From the NCBI RefSeq assembly GCF_025526975.1, contig NW_026515696.1, positions 62,001 through 126,000 of the forward strand: a stretch of DNA of 64,000 nucleotides. Direction: 5' to 3'. The translations under genes and the position numbers were made by a program. Source of the DNA: Fimicolochytrium jonesii. Its lineage: Eukaryota. The first letter of the stretch is position 1. Each line of letters starts with the position of its first letter. The notes under the pieces were generated by a model that worked only from the letters and a program-made list of their open reading frames with translations, searched no databases and was not told the origin of the DNA. This document shows positions 1 through 11,327 of the stretch, piece by piece.

Positions 1-239
1 GTCGGTAACAGTCAAGGCCTCAAGCATACGCCACCCGGCTACTCACCTACAAGTAAGTGCAGTTGGTTGGTTGATGGGCAAGAGTTGTATTGGGCAGTCG
101 GCACTGGGGAACTGCTGCAGTCGCGTGTTTGTTGAAGGGCGTGGGGAAAATGGAGGGGGGCGGCGTTTGAGAAAGAGGCCCGAATAGAATAGATGGCAAA
201 GCCGCGTTCCCACAGGACGGAAACGGGGGCCTCACTTAC

Positions 240-289
240 CAGTAATATGCGTGTCTCTTGTTCTTGCTGACGTACAGTGATGGGGTCAT
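240..289 (-). CDS. Possible first exon (MTPSLYVSKNKRHAYYW..) of an unknown gene divergent from RPL27 that may run off the window start
   Basis: ATG at 289, 50 nt open, then a consensus GTAAGT donor at 239; no recognisable homology. Confidence 0.3.
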
Positions 290-541
290 TAGGGTTCCCC
301 CCTTATCATAGGGTTATCCTGTCCCACTTATCTGACCCCCACATAGCACCCGTACCTTACGCTCCCGGCACATAACACAGCCAATCACCGCTCCTCAATC
401 GCGTCGTCCCCAATAATTAATCCCTCCCCCCTTCAAGTATACGCCAGATCCTGTCCGTCGAATCGCCGTTTGAACTCCCCACAACGTTGTCAACGGCACG
501 AGCTATTCTTCGGCCCGACACATTCATCATCACTCGACAAG

Positions 542-1859
542 ATGGTCAAGTTCCTCAAGAACGGAAAGGTACCACCTCGCTTCCCAACAGAGAGAACCTA
601 TCGCCATTTCCAACACAGAGAGGGCCGGATGGATGGATGGATGGATGGATGGATGGATAGGGGTGGACGGTTTGGGGGACAGGCATTTTCGACAAACGAC
701 AAATTCGAAGAATTCAGGACAACTTGCGCAAGCGATTGAGGGAGGGACGAATGGGTGGTGGAGAAGCGTGCGTGCGGGCCGGTGCGCTTTGTGGTGCGGG
801 AAAGGGACGGAGGAATTGGAAATGGCGACGAAGAATAGGTCGTGGGAAAATGCACCAGGGTTCCCACACATCTCCACTCAACGACGGGCAGGCGGTCCGG
901 ACAGCAGCAGCAGCCGGTGTGGAAGGTGTTTCGGAGACAGAACGGAGGAAGGACCTTTGACAATTCCATCCCAATTCCCATGCTGACCCTCTGCATGTCC
1001 CTCCCTCCTCCCAATTAGGTCGTGCTGATCCTCCAGGGTCGCCAAGCCGGCAAGAAGGCCGTGATCGTCAAGAACTTTGACGAGGGCACAAAGGAGAGGC
1101 CTTACCCCCACGCCATCGTTGCCGGTGTCGAGCGCTACCCATTGAAGATCACGAAGGGGATGGGCCAGAAGCGTGTCGCCAAGAGGTCCCGTGTCAAGGC
1201 TTTCATCAAGGCGGTTAACTACAACCACCTGATGCCTACTAGGTAGGAATTTCGAAAGAGAAGGAGGAGGAAATGGGAAGGAGCAGTCGAAGGAAGGGGG
1301 GGACGTTGGATCACCAGCGTTAGCGAGGTTGGTTCGGTCGGGGAGACCGGGCCAGAGCGAACGCCTTTCGCGAGCGAAGTGAGCACGAGCAGAGCACCTA
1401 ACTACGGCACTTAGCGAGCCTCAGCGAGCTTCAGATCTTTTGCGAGCGCAGCGAGCACCACATTGTGCCAAAGGCGCAATACTCCCCTCACCCATGCAGC
1501 CCGATCATTCAACCATCCAACATCCTCGTCGCGAAGAAGGGGATCACGCATGCACAAGAGAGTGAGAAGAGTCGATTTTAACCCACACTCTCCCTCAATG
1601 AATTTAGGTACAACCTCGACATTGACCTCAAGCAAGTTGTTTCGGCCGAGAGCTTCAAGGAGCCCACGCAGCGCGTCGAGTCCCGCAAGGCGATCAAGAA
1701 GCTTTTCGAGGAGCGCTACAACAGCGGAAAGAACAGGTGGTTCTTCACCAAGCTTCGTAAGTGGAAAAATTACTTTTTGTTTGTATATGTCAACACTGTT
1801 CACTGATTGATCGTTTTTCTCTGTGAATTTTTTCGATTTGTTTTTTCGTAGGCTTCTAA
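542..1859 (+). CDS. RPL27: 60S ribosomal protein L27 (eL27), 4 exons: 542-568, 1019-1242, 1608-1756, 1852-1859
   Basis: Spliced translation [27 protein letters not shown]...[15 protein letters not shown]...[12 protein letters not shown]; all junctions GT-AG and in frame. Confidence 0.97.
627..658 (+). repeat. (GGAT)8 microsatellite in RPL27 intron 1
   Basis: Read directly. Confidence 0.95.
1316..1535 (+). repeat. Copy 1 of a shared structured intronic element (RPL27 intron 2)
   Basis: GCGAGCGAAG/GCGAGCGCAGCGAG motifs; blocks 1411-1444 and 1462-1486 closely match blocks in TRP5 intron 2. Confidence 0.6.
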
Positions 1860-2413
1860 GCTGGCGCCGTTTTGACAAGTCTTTGTTCCGCCGTGCCACG
1901 TGTAAAATAATAAAACCTTACCACCACCGCTTGTTCTGGCCTCTGAGATGTGCGATGAATGTGGTGGATCTTTACGGTTCGGGAAAGAGGTGGTGACTTG
2001 GAGACTCCTTGGAAGGTGGTTGGTTTGAGGTCGTGGGGACAGCAGCTTCCAGGGGTCGTGGCATGGACGGGGAGATGGGCCTTGCCGAGTCAGAAATAGA
2101 CCTCGGATTACAAAGCCACTGCCCGAAGCCCCGAGTCCAGCTCCAGACAACTTTCTCAAAGCTGCTACTCGCACCTGCTCGAGGCAGCACTTCTCCCCTT
2201 ATCTCTCTTCTGTCGTTACTCGGCATATTTCTGCTAGTCGCTCTTTCTCGACGCGGAGTTGCTCTGCAGGTCCATCATCTTCCTCACTCTACAGATTCCG
2301 CGCTCCCCAGCTAATGTCATTTCTTGCACTCGGTATGAAGTGAAGAGCAACGGATAGTGCGCGATACTGTAGGTCGTTGTCGACGTGGATCGGGCGGATG
2401 GGAGTGCGGCGAC

Positions 2414-2428
2414 CCCTAACCCTAACCC
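2414..2428. repeat. Short telomere-like (CCCTAA)2 tract
   Basis: ccctaaccctaaccc read directly. Confidence 0.7.
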
Positions 2429-2867
2429 GACGCGGGAAGTGCGGAGGAGAAAGACCAGTCAGATAGGAAAACGGTCTGCGACCACCCATCCGGCATACGG
2501 GGGATTGTGAAGATAACTGGAAATGATTACATGACCGATCGCAACGGTATATGCAAAAGTCCATTTAGGAGCTTTAGGAGAAGTGCATTCGGCTCGACTT
2601 CTGTTTGACACCGCACTTCCATTGATCCATGTGTTTGCCTTTTGCAACTCATCGAATTGTGTTGGTACATGGCCCTCGTCCGCCACACTCGTCGTGGAGC
2701 CCTGTGGCGGCCGCCCGCGGGGGCAAGAGGGTCCCCTAGTCATCTCTATACCCAACTCGCAACATCTATCGCCTTCTGTCCCTCTTCCCTCCCTCCCCTC
2801 CATACACATCCGGACTAACATACACCCTCTACACCCCTCCCCACCCCAACTTCATAACATCCTCCCT

Positions 2868-4219
2868 CTACAGATCCGCCCTGATCCTGAATCCAGGTCC
2901 AGTGGGCTCGGAGGTAAGGGAAGTGAGTCCGCCATGGGGCTCACAGTTCTGGCGGCCCGAGACGGGTCCTGGCTTGGGGTAGGTGCCGCGCTTGAGGTCG
3001 TCGAGGATCTTGATAGTTGCTTCGGATGTGAGGTCCTCCTGAAATCATAAGGGGAAGGTATATGAGCCTTTCGGTGCGGTATCTCGGTACGAATGAAAAC
3101 AGAAACGACGTACGTAGTAATCATCATTAACAGCCAAAACCGGCGCGTTCACACACGCGCCCGCGCACTCAACCTCAACAAGCGTGAACAGCTTATCGGG
3201 GGTAGTCTGCCCCGCCTTGATGCCCAGATGTTTCTCGATTGTGTCGAGGATCTTGTCGGAGCCGCAGAGCTGGCACGGGGTGGTGGTGCAGAGCTGGAGG
3301 AAGTACTTGCCGGTGGGTTCGCGGTTGAACATGGTGTAGAACGTGGCAACTTCGTAGACGCGCATCGGGGGGACTTCGAGGAGTTTGGCGACGTAGTTCA
3401 TTGTTGCGATGGATGTCCAGCCGTTCTGGAATTGGAGGGAAGAAATACCAGGCCTTTTGAGCATCTGCGTTCTTGCTCACCAGATCTGTCCTCCTCACGT
3501 TCTTCCATCGGCGCCGTAACATCAATAGGGTGCTCCCACCCCATCCACAAAAATCGACCGACACATTCCCAGTACACCCAAATCCCAAGCTCCATACCTG
3601 TCTCTGCGCCAGATCAAGCAGGGGGATAGTAGCCGCCTTCTTGTATTGCGGCGGGTACTTTTTCATAATCTCCTTTGCGCGGTTGAGGTTCTCAGGCGTG
3701 AACTCGAATGCGATCGTGTCGTTGTTCTCCGGTGTGTCGCGGTGCTGCAGATGAAAGAGTTGAAGAAGGGAAATGGATCAGCCACAGGATTGTGTGGAGG
3801 AGTTATTGGGCGAAAAGAGGTGAGATACGATTTGAGTTCGTCGAAGCATCCGCCTCCATCGCTGAACTGACGAGACACTGCCCATATGAAGCCTTCCTCG
3901 TTGCTAATAGTCGGTCCTCGACGTTAAGCTCTCCTTCTATAAGCGCTCCTTTCTCCTTCTGCTTCCATAAACGTCCCACCAACCAACTGCAATCCATCCA
4001 CTCCTCCCACCTAGCGGTCAAAGTCACCCTTTCCATCCAGATCCAACAAAAACATACCAAAAATAGCTTATCAGACCTAACGACAGGTGCACCAGAGAAA
4101 GCACGCACTGCAGCGGCGGGAATCCGTACGGCGGCGACTGTGGTGGGACGGGAGGTCGCGGCGCGGATCAATGGGGTCAGCGGCAGGAGGCGGCGAGCGC
4201 ATGATGTGGCGGCGGACAT
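2868..4219 (-). CDS. NDUFV2: NADH:ubiquinone oxidoreductase 24 kDa subunit, mitochondrial, 4 exons
   Basis: Presequence [13 protein letters not shown]..., [43 protein letters not shown], 2Fe-2S ligands CTTTPC and [11 protein letters not shown]-terminus [11 protein letters not shown]...[10 protein letters not shown]. Confidence 0.96.
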
Positions 4220-4634
4220 TGCGGAAAAGGGTTAGGTGGGTATGCGAGGGGAGTCGTCCTGGGAGAATGACCTATTGTATGAGTGTATAGGGACTGACTG
4301 GACAGCCGATGGGAGTGGGGACGGGCAATCAGATGGGCACCGGTGGGAAGAAGCGGAAGTCTCTCTCGAATCTGCTCTCGAATAGACGCAATGCGCGCCT
4401 ATTTGGACTCGCTTCTCTCTTTTTCTTCTCGAGGGCACAGATCTTGGAGCACAAACAGGCTAAGCGCATTCTGTTCACGACACTGCACTCGTCCAGCGGT
4501 CGCTGGCCTACCAGATACATACTCCCAGAGACCGTCGTCTTCAAAGACGGAGACCTTGAACTCACGTTTGCTCTCCTCCCCAGGCTATTACACAGACCCA
4601 GACTTGTGTTTTCGCCAGCGGCATTATCATCGCC

Positions 4635-5093
4635 ATGGCCGAAACCGAAACGGCATCTCACCCCAAAACGGAGTCTCCGCACGCATCGGGTGAGCTCGTC
4701 GAACTGACGGGGGATTGGGACGGGGCGTCAGATTTGGAAGGACCAGTCCGTATAGTCCACGAAGCGGCTGTTCAATTGTGCCCGCAGATGGAGGGAATGG
4801 ATCGCATTGACGTTGCCGGCTTGCATGCGTATCTGTCCAGTAAGAAGCCCACGTTCTCGGAGCTGTTGTCGCAACCCTTTTTCGCCCGAGTTTCGTTCCA
4901 CTTGCTGGGGTTCGGTGTGGAAATTGAGGACTCACATTCGGCAGCAATCCGGGCTATACGAGAAAAAATTGCCTATGCGTTTGAGTGGGACACAGATCTC
5001 CCTTACAAGTATCGTAAACCCAAACATGTAGAAACAGGAGGGAAACAAACAATCCCCCATACGGCGCTTCGTTGCGGACGAAGTGGCGCTTGA
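4635..5093 (+). CDS. Hypothetical ORF (152 aa), possibly a gene fragment
   Basis: ATG-initiated ORF with protein-like composition; no recognised motif. Confidence 0.3.
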   Translation: MAETETASHPKTESPHASGELVELTGDWDGASDLEGPVRIVHEAAVQLCPQMEGMDRIDVAGLHAYLSSKKPTFSELLSQPFFARVSFHLLGFGVEIEDSHSAAIRAIREKIAYAFEWDTDLPYKYRKPKHVETGGKQTIPHTALRCGRSGA

Positions 5094-5517
5094 TTTTCGA
5101 TATACGGCTTTCGGATGAGACGAAGCTTTGCGCTTGTCAGTCTTGATACGAGAAGAGGTTTTTCGATGAGAGAAATATTCCTTACCAGGAGCTTTAGCGA
5201 TGATAACAGTCGGTACAACGACAGGCCCCGCTGGATCACATGGCAACAGCGCTGCCAACCCCTTCTCCCACACTTCGTCGCTTTGCACGACACGCGGAGC
5301 GAGATCAAGTCCTGTAGGTTTTAAGCGAAGTTCCGAAGTATCGGCTGGTGGCGGGGCAACACCCGATATGCGCTTGCTTCGATGCCGACAGCTGCACCAC
5401 ACGTTACGCAGGTCGGCTCGGCGGGCACGTCCTCGTTCAATGCGCCATCTTCTTCGGCGCAGACACCCGCAGTCCGATCAGGCGCAGCGCATGAAATGAC
5501 GCAGATGATGATTAGAG

Positions 5518-6262
5518 CGCCCTGAATCTTCTCATGTTCACCCCTGATGCACCTCCCGTTCGAAAACCTTCGTCCTCCGGCTCTTTTCCATTCCCGCCGC
5601 TTTCAATATATGCGTAGCGTTAATCCACGAATCTGAAACCGCCGCATTACTCATACGCCATTCGGGGCCTCGAGTTCATAGACTCGGGTATTCGAGTAGG
5701 TCGCTTCGTATATCCCTTCGCGGGGAGGGTTGAAAGACGCGAGCTGGCGGGCCGGTAGCGACGGTGCGCCGCGACGGCTAGGGGTGGGGTTACTGCCAAA
5801 CGTGCCGAAATTGCCTGGACTGTTACCGCCGGTTGTGTAGTAATTGGAATTGCCGCGTGAGTATCCTCGTCGAATTGGGATAGGGAAGTTGGAGGGATTG
5901 AATGCTGGGACAGAGACGGCTGGATGCAAGAATTGCTGCTGTGCGTATGGTGTTTGCGTTGTATATGGCATCGATGTATAAGCGTGGAGTTGGGGATTCG
6001 CATATTGTGGGTGACCGGCCAACGTAGTTGGGTAGAAAGGTGCCTGCTGTAGTGCTGGCTGCTGAAGCAGCTGATACTGAGTTGGAGGTACCGACATTGG
6101 ATTGGCGGTTGAGGGATAGTTTTGCTGCGGCGGTGGCATAGTAAGTCCCCCAAGGTGGCTCAAGGCTAGCGCTAGGTAGTTAAACTGTTGTGGGAGGGGG
6201 TCAGCATTTGGTGTGCGGTACGCGGGTGGGATGAGTTGCTGTTGCGCATTCCTCACACACAC
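5518..6262 (-). pseudogene. Disrupted APSES/KilA-N (Mbp1/Swi4/Res-type) DNA-binding domain preceded by a Q/P-rich region
   Basis: Reconstructed IYEATYSNTRVYELEAPNGV*VMRR/SDSWINATHILKAAGMEKSRRTKVFEREVHQG/EHEKIQG; in-frame TGA at 5651-5653 and two 1-nt frameshifts (~5638, ~5541). Confidence 0.75.
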
Positions 6263-7105
6263 CGCCTCTGGAACGGGACCGCGGACTTGTACACCAGTGT
6301 ATGCTACTGGTGGACGTCGGCCGACGGGGTTCCGGGTCGTCCTCTATTTCATGTGCGTTTGCTTCTACGTGCGTACTCAACCTTCGAATGTCCTCCCCCA
6401 CCTCGTGGACAGACACCAGACACTAGAACAAATACTGGCCAACATTTTGTTTCGCCCGCGCAGGTGTGGCGAGACGGGACCGCTCGATTGGGATGGTGAC
6501 AGGAGCCCAGATTGCACCGGATATATCACCACCGCTTGCTTGCAACCCATGTGCAAGGGTTCGGAATGCGATGCCCCCCGCGTTCCGCACGCGTGTTAGG
6601 TAATGTTTGCGCGACTGCATTTCGACACTTTTTCCTCTCGAATCTGCACCGGAGAGGAAGAGCTACTAGTATGAACATGCACCCGCAGAGGGAGGATACG
6701 TGGATGTGGAGGTACCCTGCGCATACATACACCCGCGCGTGTATTCGGCGCAAAAGATTATATATGTATGTCTGTACCGCGCTGGTGGGGCTTGAGATTC
6801 GGGATTCGCGAACCGAGAGTCAAATCAAGGGGAACGTAGGGGAGAACCCACCGACGGTCAAGGTGGAGGATAAAGGAGGCTGCGACGAGAGGGAGACCGA
6901 TGGCAGGAGGGAGGACGGGCATTGCATGGAGAACGCACGGAGGGAGGACGGAGAGTGGCAGGAGAAGCAACGGAGATGGGTGTTGTTGTTTCGCAGGGAC
7001 GCGTCGAAATAACGCGTCGCCCTTGCTTGCATGCTCCTTAGGACCGTGGGTCCTCACCAACCATAGGCCCACCAAACCAACAAATAAACAGGAACCCCTC
7101 CAAAA

Positions 7106-10100
7106 ATGGACGACACAACCCTCAAATCACTCACCATCCTCGCCCGTCGCACCGCCAGCGATGGGAAGAAAAGTGATAATGAGGTGGTGGTGCTGGAGCC
7201 GAGGTTCGAGAAGGGTGTGAGGAGTTATGCGGTGGGGGTTGGGAGTGATGTTGAAGGTGGGTTTCGGCCACGTCTGGGAAGAGGTGGGGAGGGGCGAACT
7301 TGAAGAGGGATGCGGGATGTGAACCGACGGGCTGTCGTATTCCACATTCCCTTCCTCCGCTTTCTAACACCACTGCATACAAACAGCGCTACAAATCAAA
7401 GCATCCACCACCGAAGCGGACGCCTTCGTCCAGGTGCTTAAATCCGACGGGGAGGGAGGTCCGTCCACTATTCTCTGCACTCCCATCCCGCATCCGCTCT
7501 AAACATTCTTATTTTGCAGTGGTGGGATTAAAAGAAGGCCAGCAGGAACTCACAATCGCCGTCGACGCCGCAGACGGGTCCACAAAAGGCAGCTATGTGC
7601 TCAACGTGTTCCGGCCCTCTTGTGAGTTGATTGACAATTTGAGTGACATACACAGCGGAAATGGGGGGGTTCAAACTGACTCTGTGGGGGATGGGTGATG
7701 TTTAGCATCCGACGCGACGTTGAGGTCTCTGGAAGTCAGCGCCGGGGAGCTTAGGCCGGGGTTTCATCGGGCCGAGACGGGGTATGTGGTTCAGATAGGT
7801 ACGTTTGTTGCGAGAACACTTTCCGGTCCCCTGAATCATCTACTCATATCCACCGAGCAGACGTCCCCACGCCCACCGTCACCCTCACCCCCACCCCCTC
7901 CGACCCTCGCGCCCATGTCAGCCTGCGTGTATACGACAACCCAGGCGAGATCGCGACGACGGCACCCGTGGAGTTGTTGATGGGGGATACGGAGGTGTGC
8001 GTGGAGGTTGTGAGTCGGGATGGAACGGAGAGAGTTGGGTATGGGGTTGTTTTTAGGAAGGGTAGGGTGTGTGAGTTGTTTGATGGGGTGGATGTGACGG
8101 GGCTGGATGCTGATATTTTTATTTGTGCAGAGAAGATTCCTGTTCGCCCACGGGTGTCGACAGGGGGGATTGAGGAAGCGGCGCCGACGTGTTCGTTGTG
8201 CTATACGATGGCGTTTCGGCCAAGGGTGCTTGTGCCTGCTTTGGCGTCCGCCGCCGACGCAGACACGAATGGAGCCGAAACGGTGTGTCCGCATGTATTC
8301 TGCCTAACATGTCTCGAGATGTGTGGGGTGCCGTGCACCGGGCCTTCCCTAGCGGTGCCAACGACAACCTCAACACCCCATATGGCCAACTGCCCGCTCT
8401 GCCCTCCCACAACCAGCTCTACGCCACACAAATGGATCCACGCAACCGCCCTCGAACGCACCACCGGGTCCATCACCGTCGAATGCCCCTTCACATGCGG
8501 CACCACCGCCCCGCTTCGTGATCTCTCCGCCCATGTAGCCGGATGCCGTGCGCGGCCTGCGATGTGTGCGGAGTGCGGGGGTGTATGCAAGCCCGGGGAG
8601 ACCGTTGCGGACGCTGAAACCCGCGGTTTGAAACATAAAGAGCCATGCACCGAAGCGTGCGGATGCGGATCCCGTATACGCAAAACCGAGACGGACTTGC
8701 ATTCCCACATGTGTCCCCTAACCGCCCCCGCATCACACCCACCACCGACCCCGCCCAAACCCACCAAATGGGAATCCCACCTCGCAAACCTCCCCCTCCC
8801 CTCCACTACCACCCCCACCACCCTCCTCCAAACATACACACAATCCCTCCACGCCGCCCTCCAACTCGCCACAGACACACACGGCCTCTCCTCCCCCCGC
8901 CCCTCCCCCGTCCCGCTCACCCACCTCTCCCAACTCCACGCGTCCCAGATCGCATTCCGCCCCCTCGACCCCGACCTGCACATTTCCCTCGCCAAAGTTT
9001 TAGCTGAGGGGGTGCTTGTTGATGAGGTTTTCCCTGTTGCCCGTGGGGATGACGATGAGGAGGAGGAGGTGGAGGCGGGAAATGAGGCGGTGGAATCGTT
9101 TATGAGGGATGAGGTGGAGGGATTGCTGGAGAGTTTGGGGGTTGGGAGGGGGGGGAGCGAGGCGGGGAAGTTGAGGGCGATCGAGGGGGAGTATAGGAGG
9201 TTGAAAGAGGTGGGGGAGGGGGATAAGGTAGGTGTGCGCTTTTCGTGTATCGTCCGTCTTCCCATGGCCGCTCCGAAATCCCCAACACTCACAACGCTTT
9301 CCCTTTTCTGAATCTTTATTTTATTCCCCCCACCGTAGGCAGCGGAAGTGCAAAACCTCTACACATGGTTCGTCGCCAAAGTCGTCAAATCCTCCGGCGT
9401 CGGTGGAGCCAAAGGCGCCGACAAAAGCGCCGCGGCTGGTGGAGTGGGGAAGGGCGAGGCGGCGGTGATGCAGGTCATGCAGAAGTATCGTGATGCCATT
9501 GCGGTGGGGGGTGGGGCGGAGGCGCTGTGAGTATGCGATGGTGAATGTGGGGAGTTTCGGTTGACCGATTCGGCCGGGAGGTTGTCCTGATTCGTTGAAC
9601 GTAGCATGCATCTAGGACGGGTATTGCTGACCCGCGGCGAAAACGAGACGGCTGTGAAGCACCTGCGCGCGGCGGTCGGGTTGAGACCGTTGCATGCGCA
9701 GGCTCGGATTTTGCTGGTACGCACTTGATGAAGCCCTCGTTGGGAGAGCGTGACGTCTCCGCTCATCGATGTTGCTATTCTTCTCCCCCACAGGGCATGG
9801 CACTGGCAACCACCGCAACAGCCCTCACCCCCGCCGCAACCCTCACCGAAGCTCTGCACTACCTAACCGAGCACCTCACATCCCACACCCTCTCCCTTTT
9901 CTCCCATTCCGCGCCGCCACCAACCCTCGTCGACTCGTACGCAACGCACCATATCGCAACCATCCACCTCCTCACTGCAAAACTACACCGCTTGACACAT
10001 AACCCCGCCGCCGCCACTGATGTCCTATTGGATCTCCTGTATCTCCTTCCGGATACGGTGCGGGCGACACCGAGGAGGAGCGTGAGGGCCCGGACGCTGG

Positions 10101-11032
10101 TGGAGTCGTGGTGTGTGGGTGCGGGGGCGCTGGTGCGAGTCCTACCTCCCACCACAACAGGAAAACCGGAACTCCTCAACACCATGCTCCGCGCCACCCT
10201 CCTCCCCGCCTCACAGACCTTACTCAAACAGTTCAGCGCGGAGCACACCCCCAAAAGCCTCACAACCCTCCCCCTTTCCTCGGCCTTCACCTCCCCCCGC
10301 AACGACACCCCACACTACACCCCACAGGAACACATCGCACACTCCCTCCTCCTGCACACCCCCACGGACGCTGGATACCTCTGCGCGCTCGGGATGGCGC
10401 AACTCGCCGCGCATGATGCCATGCAGCAGGCTGCGACCGCACGGGGGGTGTTGCCGTTGCTTGGTGGGTTTGATAAGGGGGTGTGGGGGAGGTTGGATGA
10501 TGCTGAGGGGAGTTTAAGGGCGGCGATTGGGGTTTATGGTGGGGATGGGGAGTGTCCGGCGGGTGTGAAGGGGCAGGAGTGGTGGAAGGTGTGGTGGGAG
10601 GAGGAGAGGATTTTGAGTTCAGCGGCGGCTTCTAGCACGAAGGCGGCGCCGGCGGGGAAGAAGGGGGTCGCTAAACCTGCTGTGGCGGCCAAAACAGGTG
10701 CTGCGAAGCCGGTGGTTGGAAAAGGCCTCGCCGAAGTGAAACCGAAACCCGCTGCGGCATCGCCGACATCCAAAGCCGTTGCCAAACCGTCGACATCAAC
10801 CGCGCCACTGGGCAAGCCGTCCGCCCCGGCTCCCAAGGCCAAACCCGCGGACACGAAACCGCTCGGCAAGACCACCGCGACATCAACCTCCACGACGACA
10901 TCCACCGCCACCGCCCCGGCATCAAAGGCAAAAGCGGAACCCACCCTTCCCGCGAAAGATAAGGCACTGCCCAAAGCGGGAGGGACGGCGGGCCCTAAGC
11001 CCGCGGGTGTGAAGAAAACCACGGCGTCGTGA
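7106..11032 (+). CDS. Multi-exon protein: two cadherin-like beta-sandwich repeats, RING finger, TRAF-type zinc fingers, TPR-like helices, K/A/P-rich tail (putative E3 ligase)
   Basis: Repeats TLKSLTI..LEPRFEKGVRSYAVGV..LTIAVDAADGSTKGSYVLNVFR and DATLRSLEVSAGELRPGFHRAETGYVVQI..VEVVSRDGTERVGYGVVFR; RING CSLC..CPHVFCLTC..CPLC; CPFTC..LSAHVAGC..CAEC; TPR HLGRVLLTRGENETAVKHLRAAVGLRP; some exon boundaries approximate. Confidence 0.7.
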
Positions 11033-11327
11033 GCATCCTGTTGACGGATGCGTTCTGTACGTTTGCGTGATCGCGTAGATGCTGGCAAGGCAGCGGTTCG
11101 ATACATTCGTCCCGATGAGCTTGCCAGGAGGCGATATGTGACGAACCATATATATATCTATTCTCTATACATCTAGATTATTATTACATACCGTACGGAC
11201 GTCTCCTGTCGCGGCGAGAATGGAAAGCTATGTCAAGTCCCATTGCCACCTCTGCCGTCGTACGCCAATCCTCCGTCCCGCACCATCGTTCCGATCAGTA
11301 TTCCTCTCTACGCACGAAGCTCTATAT

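Noticed and set aside
1243..1607. Hammerhead ribozyme or box C/D snoRNA as the explanation for the shared intronic element
   Set aside because: No CUGANGA/GAAA core and no terminal RUGAUGA/CUGA box pair found by eye
5091..5324. Readthrough of the TGA at 5091-5093 into the same-frame ORF 5115-5324
   Set aside because: The downstream peptide is not convincingly protein-like and I saw no recoding signal
8201..9292. Long antisense and alternative-frame ORFs (also 27127-28191, 53102-54148, 58757-59515)
   Set aside because: Shadow ORFs of real genes in GC-rich, skewed DNA; no independent motifs
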